Shown in pieces: positions 1 through 15,720 of a stretch of DNA of 64,000 bases. How positions within the stretch are numbered: position 1 is the stretch's first letter; every line of letters starts with the position of its first letter. The position numbers and the translations under genes were made by a program. This stretch comes from Chlorokybus atmophyticus (Eukaryota > Plantae > Mesostigma and Chlorokybus algae). Under the pieces are notes generated by a model. That model ran no database searches, was not told the DNA's origin, and saw nothing but the letters and a program-made list of their open reading frames with translations. The stretch spans positions 124,001 to 188,000 of the forward strand of contig RHPI01001259.1 of assembly GCA_009103225.1 (NCBI GenBank), given 5' to 3'.

Positions 1-3629
<3,629 letters not shown>

Positions 3630-3712
3630 GAGCTTGGCCAAGTACATAGCACACTTTGCCAAGGTTTTACTTCATCATTGCCATGCACAAGTTTGGGGGC
3701 TAAGATAGCATT

Positions 3713-5318
3713 CTAGGCAAACATCGTGTTGTACAGCTGGCCAAAGAAGTTGGCGTCTCGCATGGCCTGCCCTGTCAAGGCCCCAAGCTGGTTGGCCTGA
3801 CCCCCGAGACCCACAGCACCAAAAGCCTGGTCAGTAGCGTAGTTGGTGGCGGGTTGCACGACAAAGTTTGAGACCGCATCCTTGACGAAATGTTTGCCCA
3901 CCTGTCATTAATCAATTAATTTGTTGTCGAAGGGTAACTGTATCAGAAATGCAATCAGATGGTGGTGTGTCGTGCACCTGCTGCACACCCATCACAATTG
4001 CGATGATAGCCGTCCAATCGACTCCCCGAGCGATGTCAATGGTCATTTCAGACCCCGCGCCTAAGGTAGCGTTCAATATCAGAGCCTTTGTGGTCTTCAT
4101 GAGAAACGCCACACACTCGTCCTGGTAAGGTAGGTTAGCAGCAGTCAAGTGCAGCAGATCACAGCTGCATTTGACAGGTGATAAGCAACAAGTTAACATG
4201 GCGTCACCTTCTCATTGACTATCTGCATGGTGCGGCCGACCAAGTCCACAAGGATGCTGTAGACGGGATCATCGCCTTCACCCGCGCACACCTCGAGGTT
4301 GTGCCGGATGCTCATGCTTTTCAAGCGTGACTGCTTGGCTATGTTGAAGAACACCTACGTTAACAGGTTGCATGTCACAAAGACTGCATGCATTTGCCTC
4401 TTTTTAACCCCATTGAAACCAGCAATGGCACATGAGACAAATTCGCATCAGCCCACCTTGTCGCTATACGCGTCCTTGATTAATTGACGCCCGTGATAGC
4501 TGAATGTCTTGGGACGTATCTGCACACAGACACAATATGAGCAGATGCTATGTAGAGATATACAGCGAATAAAACAATACGAAGAGAGACAAAGTACACA
4601 AACCTCACCTTGAACGATGGCATACCATGGTATCCAGTCACCGTGCAAGCGCTCTCCCATTCACCCAAGGGACTTCAAGTTGCAAAAAGGAAACAAACAT
4701 CAGGTTGCAGCTGCGCTAGACTCAGAACCATGTGCATGAAAGCATAAAAGCGTGAAAGCATCGACTGTACCTCAGACTCACTAATGGCAAGCAATTCTCC
4801 TACTTGACTTCTCTACTCACTTACTCACTCACCCTCTCACCCACTCACTCGGCCATGCTGCACATGCAGCTAAAAACAGACTCATGCACGCAGATGGCCA
4901 CATACCCATATGCACACTAGTAGTGGTAACATTGATTACGTCGAAAAAGGGACCACAGTACTGGCACACAAATCAAAAATATCACAGCATAATCTGCTGC
5001 TCCTGCTCCCCCTACTCACCCGTTCATGTTGGGCCCAAGTTGCAGCGGATCCAGCACATCATAGGGATTCTTCCCCACATGATGCGACACAGCCACCAAT
5101 CTTCCCTCCACATCAAATATCCTACAATCATCCCTCGACATGTGCGCATTCTTGAAGATGAAGCGCGCGCCCGCGGCGCTTTTGACAAACTGACCGCCCA
5201 GAGATAGACCTGAGCCGGGAGGCTGAGGAGCAACCTGGGCGAAAGGGGGACCGGCGGCTAACTCCACCAGGAAAGAAGGGTCGTTGATGCGTTCCACTTC
5301 GGTCCTGTGCTGAGCCAT
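3713..5318 (-). CDS. LURP-one/Tubby C-terminal-like (scramblase-fold) protein, multi-exon
   Basis: GT-AG exons join to MAQHRTEVERIND...RFIFKNAHMSRDDCRIFDVEGRLVAV...IRPKTFSYHGRQLI...VYSILVDLVGRTMQIVNEK|DECVAFLMKTTK...MTIDIARGVDWTAIIAIV. The beta-strand pattern and the 'GVD..aii.iv' ending resemble the LOR family; assigned by recognition only. Confidence 0.6.
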
Positions 5319-5897
5319 GGCTGCTTGGAACTCTCAGAATCAACTCGCTCGCTCACTCGCTCGCTCGCTCGCTCTCTCACACCAAAAGACAAGTAGGACT
5401 CAGTAACAACTCTCTGTCCCTCTCCCTTTCTCTCTCGCTAGACTGTGCGCTTGTCCTACTCCGACTCCTACTGCTCCTGCTCCTGCTCCTGCTCCCTGTT
5501 GCAAAGTCCTACTCCGACTCCCCGCCGCTGCAGAAAGTGACACGCAGATGAGAGATCTACACACCCACACAGTGTGGGCCACACCTGCGCTGCACTTTGC
5601 ACAATCATTGCATGCAATCCGACACTCACGGGGATAAAGACAAACTTTTGAAAACTTGAACCGTCGAAGGCCGGCTATCGCGCCGATTGGAGAGGATTCA
5701 CTTCAGCGTAACTCCAGCCTTCGTAACTCATAGAATGGGAGTATTGCGAGATACATTGAGTATTGCAGACCGTGCCTGCATAATGCAAGATACCAGGTGG
5801 GCCAGTAACCTACTCTTTTCCCGCCAAAGTGGTTTAAAGTGTTTGAATTAGGGTTTCAGGAGGCGGCGGCGGTGCCGGTGACATTGTGGTCGTCAGC

Positions 5898-8800
5898 ATG
5901 GGGGAGGGCTGGGAACACCTTGAGGACGAGGGCGTAGACGAGCCTGAGGAGATCTGGGAGGATGCGGCCGGGGTTGCGGGCGGGGCGAGGTGTTTGTCAG
6001 TACCATCGCTCCCTCCTGCTGCAAAGAGGCGACTCAGGCAGCTGAAGCGGACGCTTGTTGCGCCTGCAGCTGCCGCCGCTGCGGAGGAGGATGATGAGGT
6101 TGACAGACATGGCATGGATGATGTCGAAGCTGCTGCGGGGCCGGCGCCCGCAGCTGTTCATCGAGGCCGGCCTGAAGCGGAGGACTACGACGGCAAGGTT
6201 GAGGACTGGGACGAGGAGGAAGACAAAGACAGGGGTGCTGCCAGCGTCGCCCATAGAGATGACGAGATGGAGATCAGCGCCGCCGCCCGCCCGTCGGTCG
6301 GCGACAAGCAGGACGAGGATGAGGAGAAGTGGGGAAGTGAGGCGGACACAGCAGAAGGCAGCAGGCACACTGACGGCAGTGACGGTGACTATGAGGGTGG
6401 TATCCGCAATGCTGGCAAATCCAAGCAAAGGACCAGCAACGTGGAAGATGTAGGCTTAACCAAGAAGCGGCGCAAAACATCTGCAATGGTGAAAGAAAAG
6501 GTGGGATGCTGGTCACGTGGTATGCTGTTTGTGCTCAGACTGTTGCTGGTATAATGTGATCTTGATGTCATTTTGCGGTTGTTGCGCAGACTGACAAGCG
6601 GGAGCGCAAGAAGCCACAGCGCAAAAACCCCGTCCGTGGTAGGTGCAGTGTGGTTGAATGTAACTCTGTATTCTCACTTAGCAATGCACCTGTCCGATCC
6701 GTAGTCAGAGTTGCATGTACACATGCCTGAAGCAGCGCCTTGCTGTGACAACACTCACGTATTGCAGGAAAACGAAACCAAGGCAAGCCTCATGTACGCA
6801 TCCCCATCATAGATGACGAGACGGAGTACAGCGCCGCTGCCCCCTCGGTGGACGATATGCAGGAAGAGGAGGAGGAAAGGTGGGAGAGCGAGCCGGACAC
6901 AGCAGAGGGCAGCAGGCACCATGACGGCAGTGATGGCGACTTTGAGGGTGATAACAGCAATGCTGGCAAGTCACAGGACATCAACGCGAAAGGTGTAACC
7001 AAGAAGAGGCGGCAGAAAACCGAAAAGATGGTGAAAGAAAAGGTCGTGAAAGAAAAGGTGGGATGCAAGTCAAAGTGTTATGCTGACTTAGCGCTCACAT
7101 CACAGCTCGTGATATACATGTCCTCTTCCTGTCATGTTCCTGTATAGACGGGCAAGCGGGAGCGGAAGAAGCCACAGGGCAAGGCAAGCAAAGAAGGTGC
7201 CATGCGCGGTAAGTTAAACTTTGTCGACTGTAATGTCATTCAGCAATGCATGCATTTGTCGATATGCAGATATGTACATGAACTGTTGCATATAAATTCA
7301 CACCATACATTCAGCAGCGCCTGGCACTGATGTGACGACACACACGCAATGCAGGGAAATCCGACAATCATGACGAGCCTGTGCGCAAAAAGCCTCCCGT
7401 ACGCATGCCTGTCGTAGATATGATCAGCAAGATGCGTGCGCGCGCGGCCGGGATTGCACGCTTGGCATACCTGCGGAACTACATGTGAGGTTGCAGGCTT
7501 TTGCTATGGGTCTGATGACAAGAGGTCACGTTGTATTGCATGCAGGCCAGCGCACATTCCGCAACCAAAGGCAGCACCCAAGCCAGCACCCAGAGTGTGC
7601 TTGGCTGACATTTTGAACAACGATGCCAGTGGTTCAGATGATGACATTGATGTCCCAATGGCGTGCATTATCAACCGTGAGGTACATGTACAATGTGCAA
7701 CCACACGCTGTGAATGGCAGTGTCTAATGCTTGGACTTTGACAGGTGCATCCTGCCGCCGCCGCCGCCGCAGCCGCAGCAGCAGCAGCAGAAGACCCGAC
7801 CAAGACCAACATGGCAAGCCAAAAAGATGTACCCGACACAAGCGAAGGCGTTGCCCCTCCGCATGAAGATCAGCAAGAAGACGGGTGCAGTGTACCGTGC
7901 CAGCAAGAGAGCATGCGCAAGGTGCACATGTGCATACACGTATGTGTGCTTTGTTCATGTGTTGTTTGTGTGTTTGTGCGTTTGTTTATGTGCAGGGCGC
8001 ATGCGTATGCGCTGATGTCGCTGCAGCTGGATGCAAACAATGTATGTGTGTTTCTGCAGGAACATCTGCAATGCAATGGCGAATCACAGTCGCAGCCACC
8101 ATTGTCACTGTTCATGGATCCTGACACAGAGCTACAGAGCAATGGGGAACCACCGACTGAGTATGTGCATGGCCCAAAGCGATGCTGCTGGCAGACGCTC
8201 TTTGTCAGCCATACATGCTGATACTTCCTTACCTGCAGTTGTGAAGACAACACAACGAAGGATGTTGATGCAACACCATGTTCGCCCCCTTGCAAAGAGA
8301 ATAAAAAAAGTCCTCCTTTCAGACGAAAGAAGAAAGTCAGACGCAATCTCGCCCAGGTTGAGGGTCTTGTGGAGGACTGCGCTGAAGAAGGTGAAGAAGA
8401 CGATGAGGGGAACCTCATTCGCAATAACATTGATTCTGAGGAGGATGAGGAAGATGACGATGATGAACACAGTGATGACAGCATCATCGCACCGGAAGGA
8501 GAAGGCGATGCAGGTGCGTGTATGGTGAAAATTGTCATGCTGCTAGTATATGTGTCATCAGTATAGTAGTCATCATGAGGCTGGGCTGCAGATGTGGATG
8601 GCCCGGCAGTGTTGGATGGCTTGCACCAACGCTGGATGGCGGAGCGAGATCGCAAGGAAGAGCAGCAGCTTCTTCACAAAATGGAAAACCATTCCTGGCA
8701 TAGTCCCAGACGCCCTGTCACCAACCTCTACGAAAGCGACAACGCGCATGCTTTTGGGAATGATGATGAGGACGAAGGTGAGCCTGACAACTGCGTTGGC

Positions 8801-9755
8801 AAGCAAGGTAGACCCGGACGAATAGCGCCAGGAGTTGCGTATGACTTGCACTGATGTGCGAGTGCTGCTGACGTGTGTGACTGTCATGCAGTGCATAATG
8901 TTAAGGCGATGGAGAACGAGGATGATGGTGTTGGAGCGAGCAAAGACTCAGGGGCTCAGAGCCATTATCAGAGTGGCAGCAGGTCTGATGGCAATGAAAG
9001 TACAAGTGGGTCTGATGATGAAGATGATGAAAACGAGCGAGAAGAGGCCCGGCGCAGACGCCTACGGCTGTACCATGATGTAAGTTTATGTCCACTTGTT
9101 AGTTGCTAGCCACTATGTTGCTGTCTAGTTACCATTGGCATCTATTTATATCTATTTTTTTCTCGTTCATCAGGAAGAAGAAGCCAGCTTCCCTGCGCTG
9201 GTGGATGATCTTGCAGACGGCTCTGCCCAGGAAGTTTTGGGTTTAGTCAAAAGGCATGACACGCACAACCAGCACAAGCGCGATGCTGGTGCTATGCGTC
9301 ACGCCGCACACACTGTCCCCCCCACAACAGACACATCATCCTCCTTCCTGTCACGCTTTGCGGCTAACTCGTGTCCTGGGGCAACACGCGCGACCAACGT
9401 GACAGGGAAGATGTTTGTGTTTTGCAGAGATGACAGCAACAGCAGTGCGGCTTTGGACAGGGTGGATATAGCTCAGCCAGCGGTGAGAGTCTGCTCAGCT
9501 CGTGCAATACAATGTGTTGCAAGGGCATTTTGTCATGAAAGCACTGTTGTGGATATGCAGAGTGTGGAGCCAGCATCGTTTGTGGGGATCAAGCGCACGG
9601 CGTCTGCAAAAGAGCACAGTGAGAAGGTGTCCTTCTTCAGTATGCAAGCAAAGAAGGTGAATGTGCAAGGGGACCAGATAGCCACCGCATTCGTGTCGAT
9701 GTCTGCTGCACTCAGCTCCATCGCATCAGCAAGATTCAAACCTGCACGCAAATAG
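5898..9755 (+). CDS. Large acidic, low-complexity nuclear protein; Claspin/Mrc1-like C-terminus suspected
   Basis: D/E-rich exons with basic NLS-like runs (KKRRK) and GT-AG introns. C-terminal blocks: EDCAEEGEEDDE...LHQRWMAERDRKEEQQLLHKMEN...RRRRLRL...KMFVFCRDDSNS. Stop TAG at 9753-9755. Confidence 0.6.
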
Positions 9756-10686
9756 CAGGCTCCCAAAAACTTATCAACTTGTAGTCAGACTGCCTCAGTA
9801 GTTCAGTTGTCCATCTTACCGCAAGGCACCGCGTAGAGCATATGTGGTTGGTTTTTGTGATTGTAACTATAGTGCTTGGTATGTAGCTTGCAGGTGATGG
9901 TTGCACGGTATGGTGATTGCACACACTTGTGAAGTCAATTGCCACTAGTTTTTTCACTTGGCCTTTGTTGTCCAATCTGCTTTTCAGTTTTACGTATCCA
10001 GCCCGTAGCAACTCGCACGTGCTTGTATGCAAGGGCTCCATACATAACAAATGTGAGTTCTTGCGTACGTGAGTTGTGTGCATACGGTGCGCTGCTGATT
10101 GCATGTCCTACAGGCTCAAGTGCCATACTTGTGCGCGCATTCTGCACCCAACATACTGTAGCGCTCATATGTAGTGGCTGACAAGATCTCCATACGAACA
10201 CACCAACAGCGCCGTGTTCTTCGCATGCGCAAGTCGGTCTAGTCTGGGGCTTTATTTACGAGCCAAGCACATGAATCACAGACAATGCAGCATGCCCACT
10301 GACCCTCTGGCCAAATCTTGCAATCAACCTAGAAACCATGCACAGGAGGTTGCATGGCGAGAGGAAACAGCAGGCAACACAAGAGCAGCAGAAGCTTGCG
10401 TGGGTTGAAGAACCACTTCCTCTTTTTGTTCTCACACTGCACTCGCCAATACTCTCATCCTTAGAATGCAAGCTCGCTGCTGGCAGCTGCAGCTAAACGC
10501 TCTCATCAATGCACACATGCATGCATGCGTGCTTGTGCAGGCCCAAGAAGTTAGGACTCCTTGGAAGCTCATGTGTGACCAACAACCGCTGCGTGTTCTG
10601 TTGACGCGCTCCAGACACATAAAACTGTTCGTATGCCGACCTGCGTCAGCCTCCTCTCTATTCTCTCTCTGTCTTACTCTCACAGC

Positions 10687-11105
10687 CTATTTAGCGTCAA
10701 AGAGCTCGACATCAAAGATCAGTGTTGCGTTGGCAGGGATGACAGGCGGGTATCCCCGTGGGCCATAAGCGTAGTCCGGTGTGCATGTGAGCTTCGCCCT
10801 TTCGCCTATGCTCATCATCGCCACACCCTCGTCCCAACCCCTGATCACCTGACCCACGCCCAGGTTGAACTGGAAAGGCTGGCCCCTGTCGCGGCTGCTG
10901 TCGAACTTCTTGCCGTCAAGCAGCGTCCCAGTGTAATGCACAGTAACCTGGAGGATCATACACTCAGACAAAGTACATAAAAATGACCAAGACAAGCAAA
11001 GGCACAGGCACAGGCACAGGCACAGGCGCACACACATGCCTTTTGGCCATTCTTGGGGAAGGTCTTGCCGTCGCCTGGGGTGAGGGTCTCCTTGGTCACG
11101 CCCAT
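10687..11105 (-). CDS. FKBP12: FK506-binding peptidyl-prolyl isomerase FKBP12, 2 exons (11105-11040, 10947-10687)
   Basis: [22 protein letters not shown]|[86 protein letters not shown], the canonical FKBP12 sequence. Confidence 0.98.
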
Positions 11106-11595
11106 CCTGGTGGGGGTGCGGTAGGCGGGGAAGGCAATGGATGCGGCCAGCTTGCTGGCTCGCTTGCTTATGTCTGTCCTCGTCGGCGGCGGTGTCGGTG
11201 AGGATGTCGCTGAAGTGGAGCTGACGTATGGCTTGCTAAAATTCCTATCTGATGTGTGGTTGTTAGGGTTGCATCCAACGGCTCGTTTGGCATCTTGAGC
11301 GTCATCTGCGTTGTACACCGTCGGACAACAATGAAAGTAATCAATGCGTCATGTCATCACAATCATAACCGTTATTCGTGCCGAGGATTAATGTGGAAGA
11401 TACTTTTGGCAACTTCAAGGTGACATGTGGTGAGATCCTGGTATTTATCAGATATCTCATTGTTAAACATGTGAATAGCACCAATCATCATGTAATGTTG
11501 AGGAAGGGTGGTGCGGACCACCTCAGGTGATCCATTCCAACCATGACAAATTATTTTCCGCTTGCCGTAGTACTTTACCACTTGGGATGGGCCGG

Positions 11596-11743
11596 NNNNN
11601 NNNNNNNNNNNNNNNNNNNNNNNNNNNNNNNNNNNNNNNNNNNNNNNNNNNNNNNNNNNNNNNNNNNNNNNNNNNNNNNNNNNNNNNNNNNNNNNNNNNN
11701 NNNNNNNNNNNNNNNNNNNNNNNNNNNNNNNNNNNNNNNNNNN
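11596..11743. other. Assembly gap (N run)
   Basis: Run of N in the sequence. Confidence 1.
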
Positions 11744-12125
11744 GGGGCGTATCTTGTTACTAACATTACTTTTGTTTATGACAACCTAAACAACACACTA
11801 TCAAGTTAGCTTTTGTAAAATCATTTTTCTTTATTAAACATGTACAACACTTCTTTCACATGCACTGCAAACATAGCCAGTAGTTATACAAGTCAACTTT
11901 TATTTCTAACATATCATGCACGCTTGATGTAAAACAGGATAACGTTTGCCCGCTCATGCAAAGCACCGGCATGTGCGAAGGCATGGCACATGTGGCTGAC
12001 GCGGGGCGGCGGCGGCGGCGGTGGCCGCAGCACTGTGCCATGGCATCAAACATTTTGCTTGGTAGCCGAGGCAGCTGAACGCTCAAAGTTACGAGCGCTC
12101 AACTATCGCTAATTTTGGTGCGTAC

Positions 12126-14175
12126 GGCGGGCCTTCTGCAAGCGACGGTATGCCTGGTACTCGTAAGGAAAGTCCTCATGGGTACGGTTTATCATGTTCA
12201 GGGTGGCGTGGAGGGGCTAGACATTGATACCGAACAGGACAAGGTGCAGGTCTTTGTCGCTGTAAAGGAGAAGGTGGATCACAGCAGAGCTGCAAAAGTC
12301 AAGCCCTTTCAATTCTTAAACCGCTCCTTGACGTGTTCGATAAAACATTTTCTGATATGCGCGAATGTAATCCATCTATCTTTGGTCCATTTATATTCTT
12401 TTTTAGCTTAAAAGTTTTTTCCTTTTGCGTATCGCATCCATGCAAGCGTTTAACCATCCCCTTATTTTTCTCACTTAGACTTCCACAAGTGTGGAGGCGG
12501 AGCTTTGCCCCATGCGATTAAAATATACTGTGCGAACACTTTTAGTTTAAAGTAAGTGAACGAGCCATAATCGTGTGCAGTAAGATGAGAAAGTTATAAG
12601 TTGCGTGTTGCAAAGGTGCATGCCGTCGAGAAGTGCTTGCGCCAATAGAAGCAGAGAGGACATTGTTGCCGCGTGTATTCTTTGCAAAACTCTTATGGTT
12701 GAGCAACATGTGCAATTGTCATAATGTGGCACCTTATTTTGCGAAGCAAAGTCGCTCGGGTCCATACCCTAGTAATTAAGCCCATCCATTACGCTTGCAC
12801 AATGGCTCACGACGCTACGCATGAAATGACCCTTTTAACTTGATCTCTGTAGCAACTATTGCAGGGCTGAATGCGTAAATCGCTTATTTTGAGTCAATGT
12901 GTGTGCGTGTGAGTATGAGTGTTTTACACTACACATATGTATAATGCTGTTTACTAGCATGCATGATGCATGCAAGTAAATATGCATTAGCATGCATGGC
13001 TTAAATTGACTTTTCCATACACAACCGCCGCTTATATACTTTCAATAGTAAATCTTGCAGCACCCCTCACGCTAATTCGAACATATGTATTTTGGCAGTG
13101 CGGTATTTGCTTTATACCAGCAGCAATAAACATGTTGCACGGCCAGTGATTGTTTTGTAAGCGCTTGAGATTTAATTAATTCAAATGACAAACCAATTGA
13201 TTTTTTCCGTACAAGCTTATACTATAAACATTGCATTTATGTATTGCATTTTTACGAGTAGCTTACAAGCGGATCGTTGTACGATGTACCATACCATATA
13301 GTTGTAGCTTATTAGCAAGTCACTCTCTTGTATAGTATACATACATTGCACATGTATGCAATACCATGTATTTTAATACAAGCCTTGTTAATGTTGCTGT
13401 GCCTTGGCTTTAAACATCTGTCTTCAAGTTTGTGACTTTGATAGTTGAGTGCTCATAATCCGATTATGGATGCATACCGTTGTCTGCGAAAGGCCCGCCA
13501 AGCCGGCGGCTTGGCGGGCCTTTCACAAACAACGGTATGCATGATAATCGCAAGGAAAGTCTTCATGGGCACGTTCTTTCATGGTTAGCATGGCGTTGAG
13601 AGGTTAGACATTGTTACAGAACAAACCAAGGTGCAGGTCTTCATCATTCTCGATTTTTTTACAAGCTTGGCTATGAATCACAGCAAATAGACAGACAGAC
13701 TGCGATCCACCTTTCCAAAGAAGAGCTGCATGTCATTGCTTTAAGTGCCTGCCACCCATTGAGGCTTGAGGAGGCTGGTGATGTGGAAGTATGTCACCTT
13801 CTTTAAGAGGAGCTTGATCACATCAAAGCCCTTGCTAAAATCAAGCTTTGCGAATGCTTGAACTGCTCCTTGATGTGCTCGATGAAAACTTTTTTATTCA
13901 TCCGCGCAGACGTACTGTAGCTAGGTTTGGTCGATTTTAATCTTTTTTTGTGCAGCGCGTTCCATGCTTAGCAACAGTAGGCTAGTGTTTGAGCATCCCT
14001 CATTTTTCTCGTTTTGACTTCCATGGCCACAAGTCTAGAGGCAGACTCTGCCACACGCAAGTAAGTACTGTGCAGGCACTTCAATTCGAAGGTAAGTGAA
14101 TGGGCCATGAGTAGTACGATGAGAAACTTACGGGTTGCGTGTTGCAATGGTTCGGGCACCGCACATGCCGTCGTC
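12126..14175 (-). pseudogene. Two diverged direct copies (about 12126-12640 and 13514-14175) of a decayed coding relic, possibly TE- or virus-derived
   Basis: Alignable blocks, e.g. aaggaaagtcctcatggg / aaggaaagtcttcatggg, aaggtgcaggtct in both, gatgagaaa(g/c)tta...ttgcgtgttgcaa. Minus-strand FIEHVKERFK / FIEHIKEQFK differ by synonymous changes, but stops and frameshifts are present. Confidence 0.5.
13470..13542. repeat. Inverted repeat/hairpin, 35-bp arms, 2 mismatches, 3-nt loop
   Basis: atgcataccgttgtctgcgaaaggcccgccaagcc-ggc-ggcttggcgggcctttcacaaacaacggtatgcat. Confidence 0.95.
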
Positions 14176-14600
14176 TCAAATTTTACACGGTGACTGACGA
14201 GAGACTGAGGGACTGTTGGATGCCTGACCCTCTCTGCACCTAACGACTTGAGCCACAAAGGGACTGAATAAATTGCCGGTGCATATTGTGGACAATAATC
14301 AATTGCCGACCGCCGATCGTACCGTACAATGGATTGTTGCCTACCGGTGATGACGTGACATCAACATACTTTGACGGCCGACCGCCGGTCATACTGCTTT
14401 CGTAACGGCGACCTACCTTTAATGGCAATTAAGTGTATATTCAGGCCCCTAATGGCGGCGGTCGATACCGGTGAGTCGGAGTTGACCCGCGGCCGGCCGT
14501 CGGCCGTGCATAAGTCGCGGCGGCGACCAACCTACATTGGCAAGCAAGTGACCACTCAATCTCAAGCAAGTCTCTTAAGAGGGACGAGCAATGGCGGCGA

Positions 14601-15720
14601 GTACCTGTCAGTCCGGTTAATTATACTCGGCACATTTAATGGAACAATAGTACCATTGCAATGGTACAACAGTCCCATCATAGTACCCTATACAGTACTC
14701 ATCATTCAATGGTACAACGGTGCTGTCGTACCATTTTTATGGTACGACTGTACCATTGAACTTGAAGACGTTGAGCGTTTGAAACGAAGCTGCGTTATAA
14801 ACGCTAAACGGCTTCATTTACAAGGACAGTTGTGCGGCGGCGGCGGCGGCGACCGCGGCAGTGGCGTTGGCGGTGGTGGCGGCGGCGGCGGCGGCACGGT
14901 TGGTGAGTTTGTGTATATGTGTGTACACAGAGTAGTTGAGTTGCATGTGCATGCTGGCGTTATGCTAAGTGCAACAGCGCAACCCGCCCTTCATACAGGC
15001 CAAGCCAGGCCAGGCCAAGCGGCGGCATGGTAGGTGAGTTTCTTTGTGTGTGTATGATGCCGTTGTGTTGACGCCCTTCTTGCCGACCATGCCAAGCGGA
15101 GGAGGAGCGGCGAGGGCGGCGGAGGAGCGGCGGCGCAGGCGCGGAGGAGTGGAGAGTGGAGGAGCGGCGGCTAAGTATAAGGGTAGAGTATATAGGGTAG
15201 TAATAGTAGTAGCTCAATGTTGTAGTAGTAGTAGTAGTAGTAGTAGTAGCTCAATGTAGTTTACATTGTAGCGTAGCAACGTGTTACAGTGTTTATTGTT
15301 ATTATATTATATTATATATTTGTGAATCAGTCAAGTTATTGTATTATATTATACATTTGTGACTCGCCGTCTCTCACAGTTGACGACAATCACATGCAGT
15401 ACCTGCTTGTGACTGAATGGTCCCTGATAGGTATTGGGGACAGTGACGTCAGGTACCTTGAAGGTACCATAAGACCCCAAAGGTACCTGATAGTTGGGTA
15501 CCTTCAAGGTACAATCGCCGGTACCTAACTGTTGAGTACCGGTTAGTTAGGTCAAGTCCCCTTTGCTTGACTGATGGGTATTTAACAGGTACCTGTCAGT
15601 CTAGGTCAGTCCCATTATTAAAACGGCCGCCTGATGGTGACGGCCGTTATACTCAGGTCTCTGTATCGAGATTACAGGTGGACTGAGGTACGACAGTCTG
15701 AATAAGTATCCTCAAGTACA
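14601..15720. repeat. Two GTAC-rich palindrome arrays (14601-14755, 15397-15720) flanking a GC/(GGC)n-rich core
   Basis: Counted 9 GTAC in about 155 bp and 11 in about 325 bp. Perfect palindrome gtaccattgcaatggtac at 14650-14667; shared 13-mer gtacctgtcagtc at 14601 and 15589. Confidence 0.8.

Noticed and set aside
11372-11581. 69-aa minus ORF next to the first gap
   Set aside because: Short, truncated by the gap, no recognisable motif.
13780-13860. LINE reverse transcriptase call from AKLDFSKGFDV
   Set aside because: Single short motif; no YADD or other RT motifs nearby, and a different frame looks better conserved between the copies.
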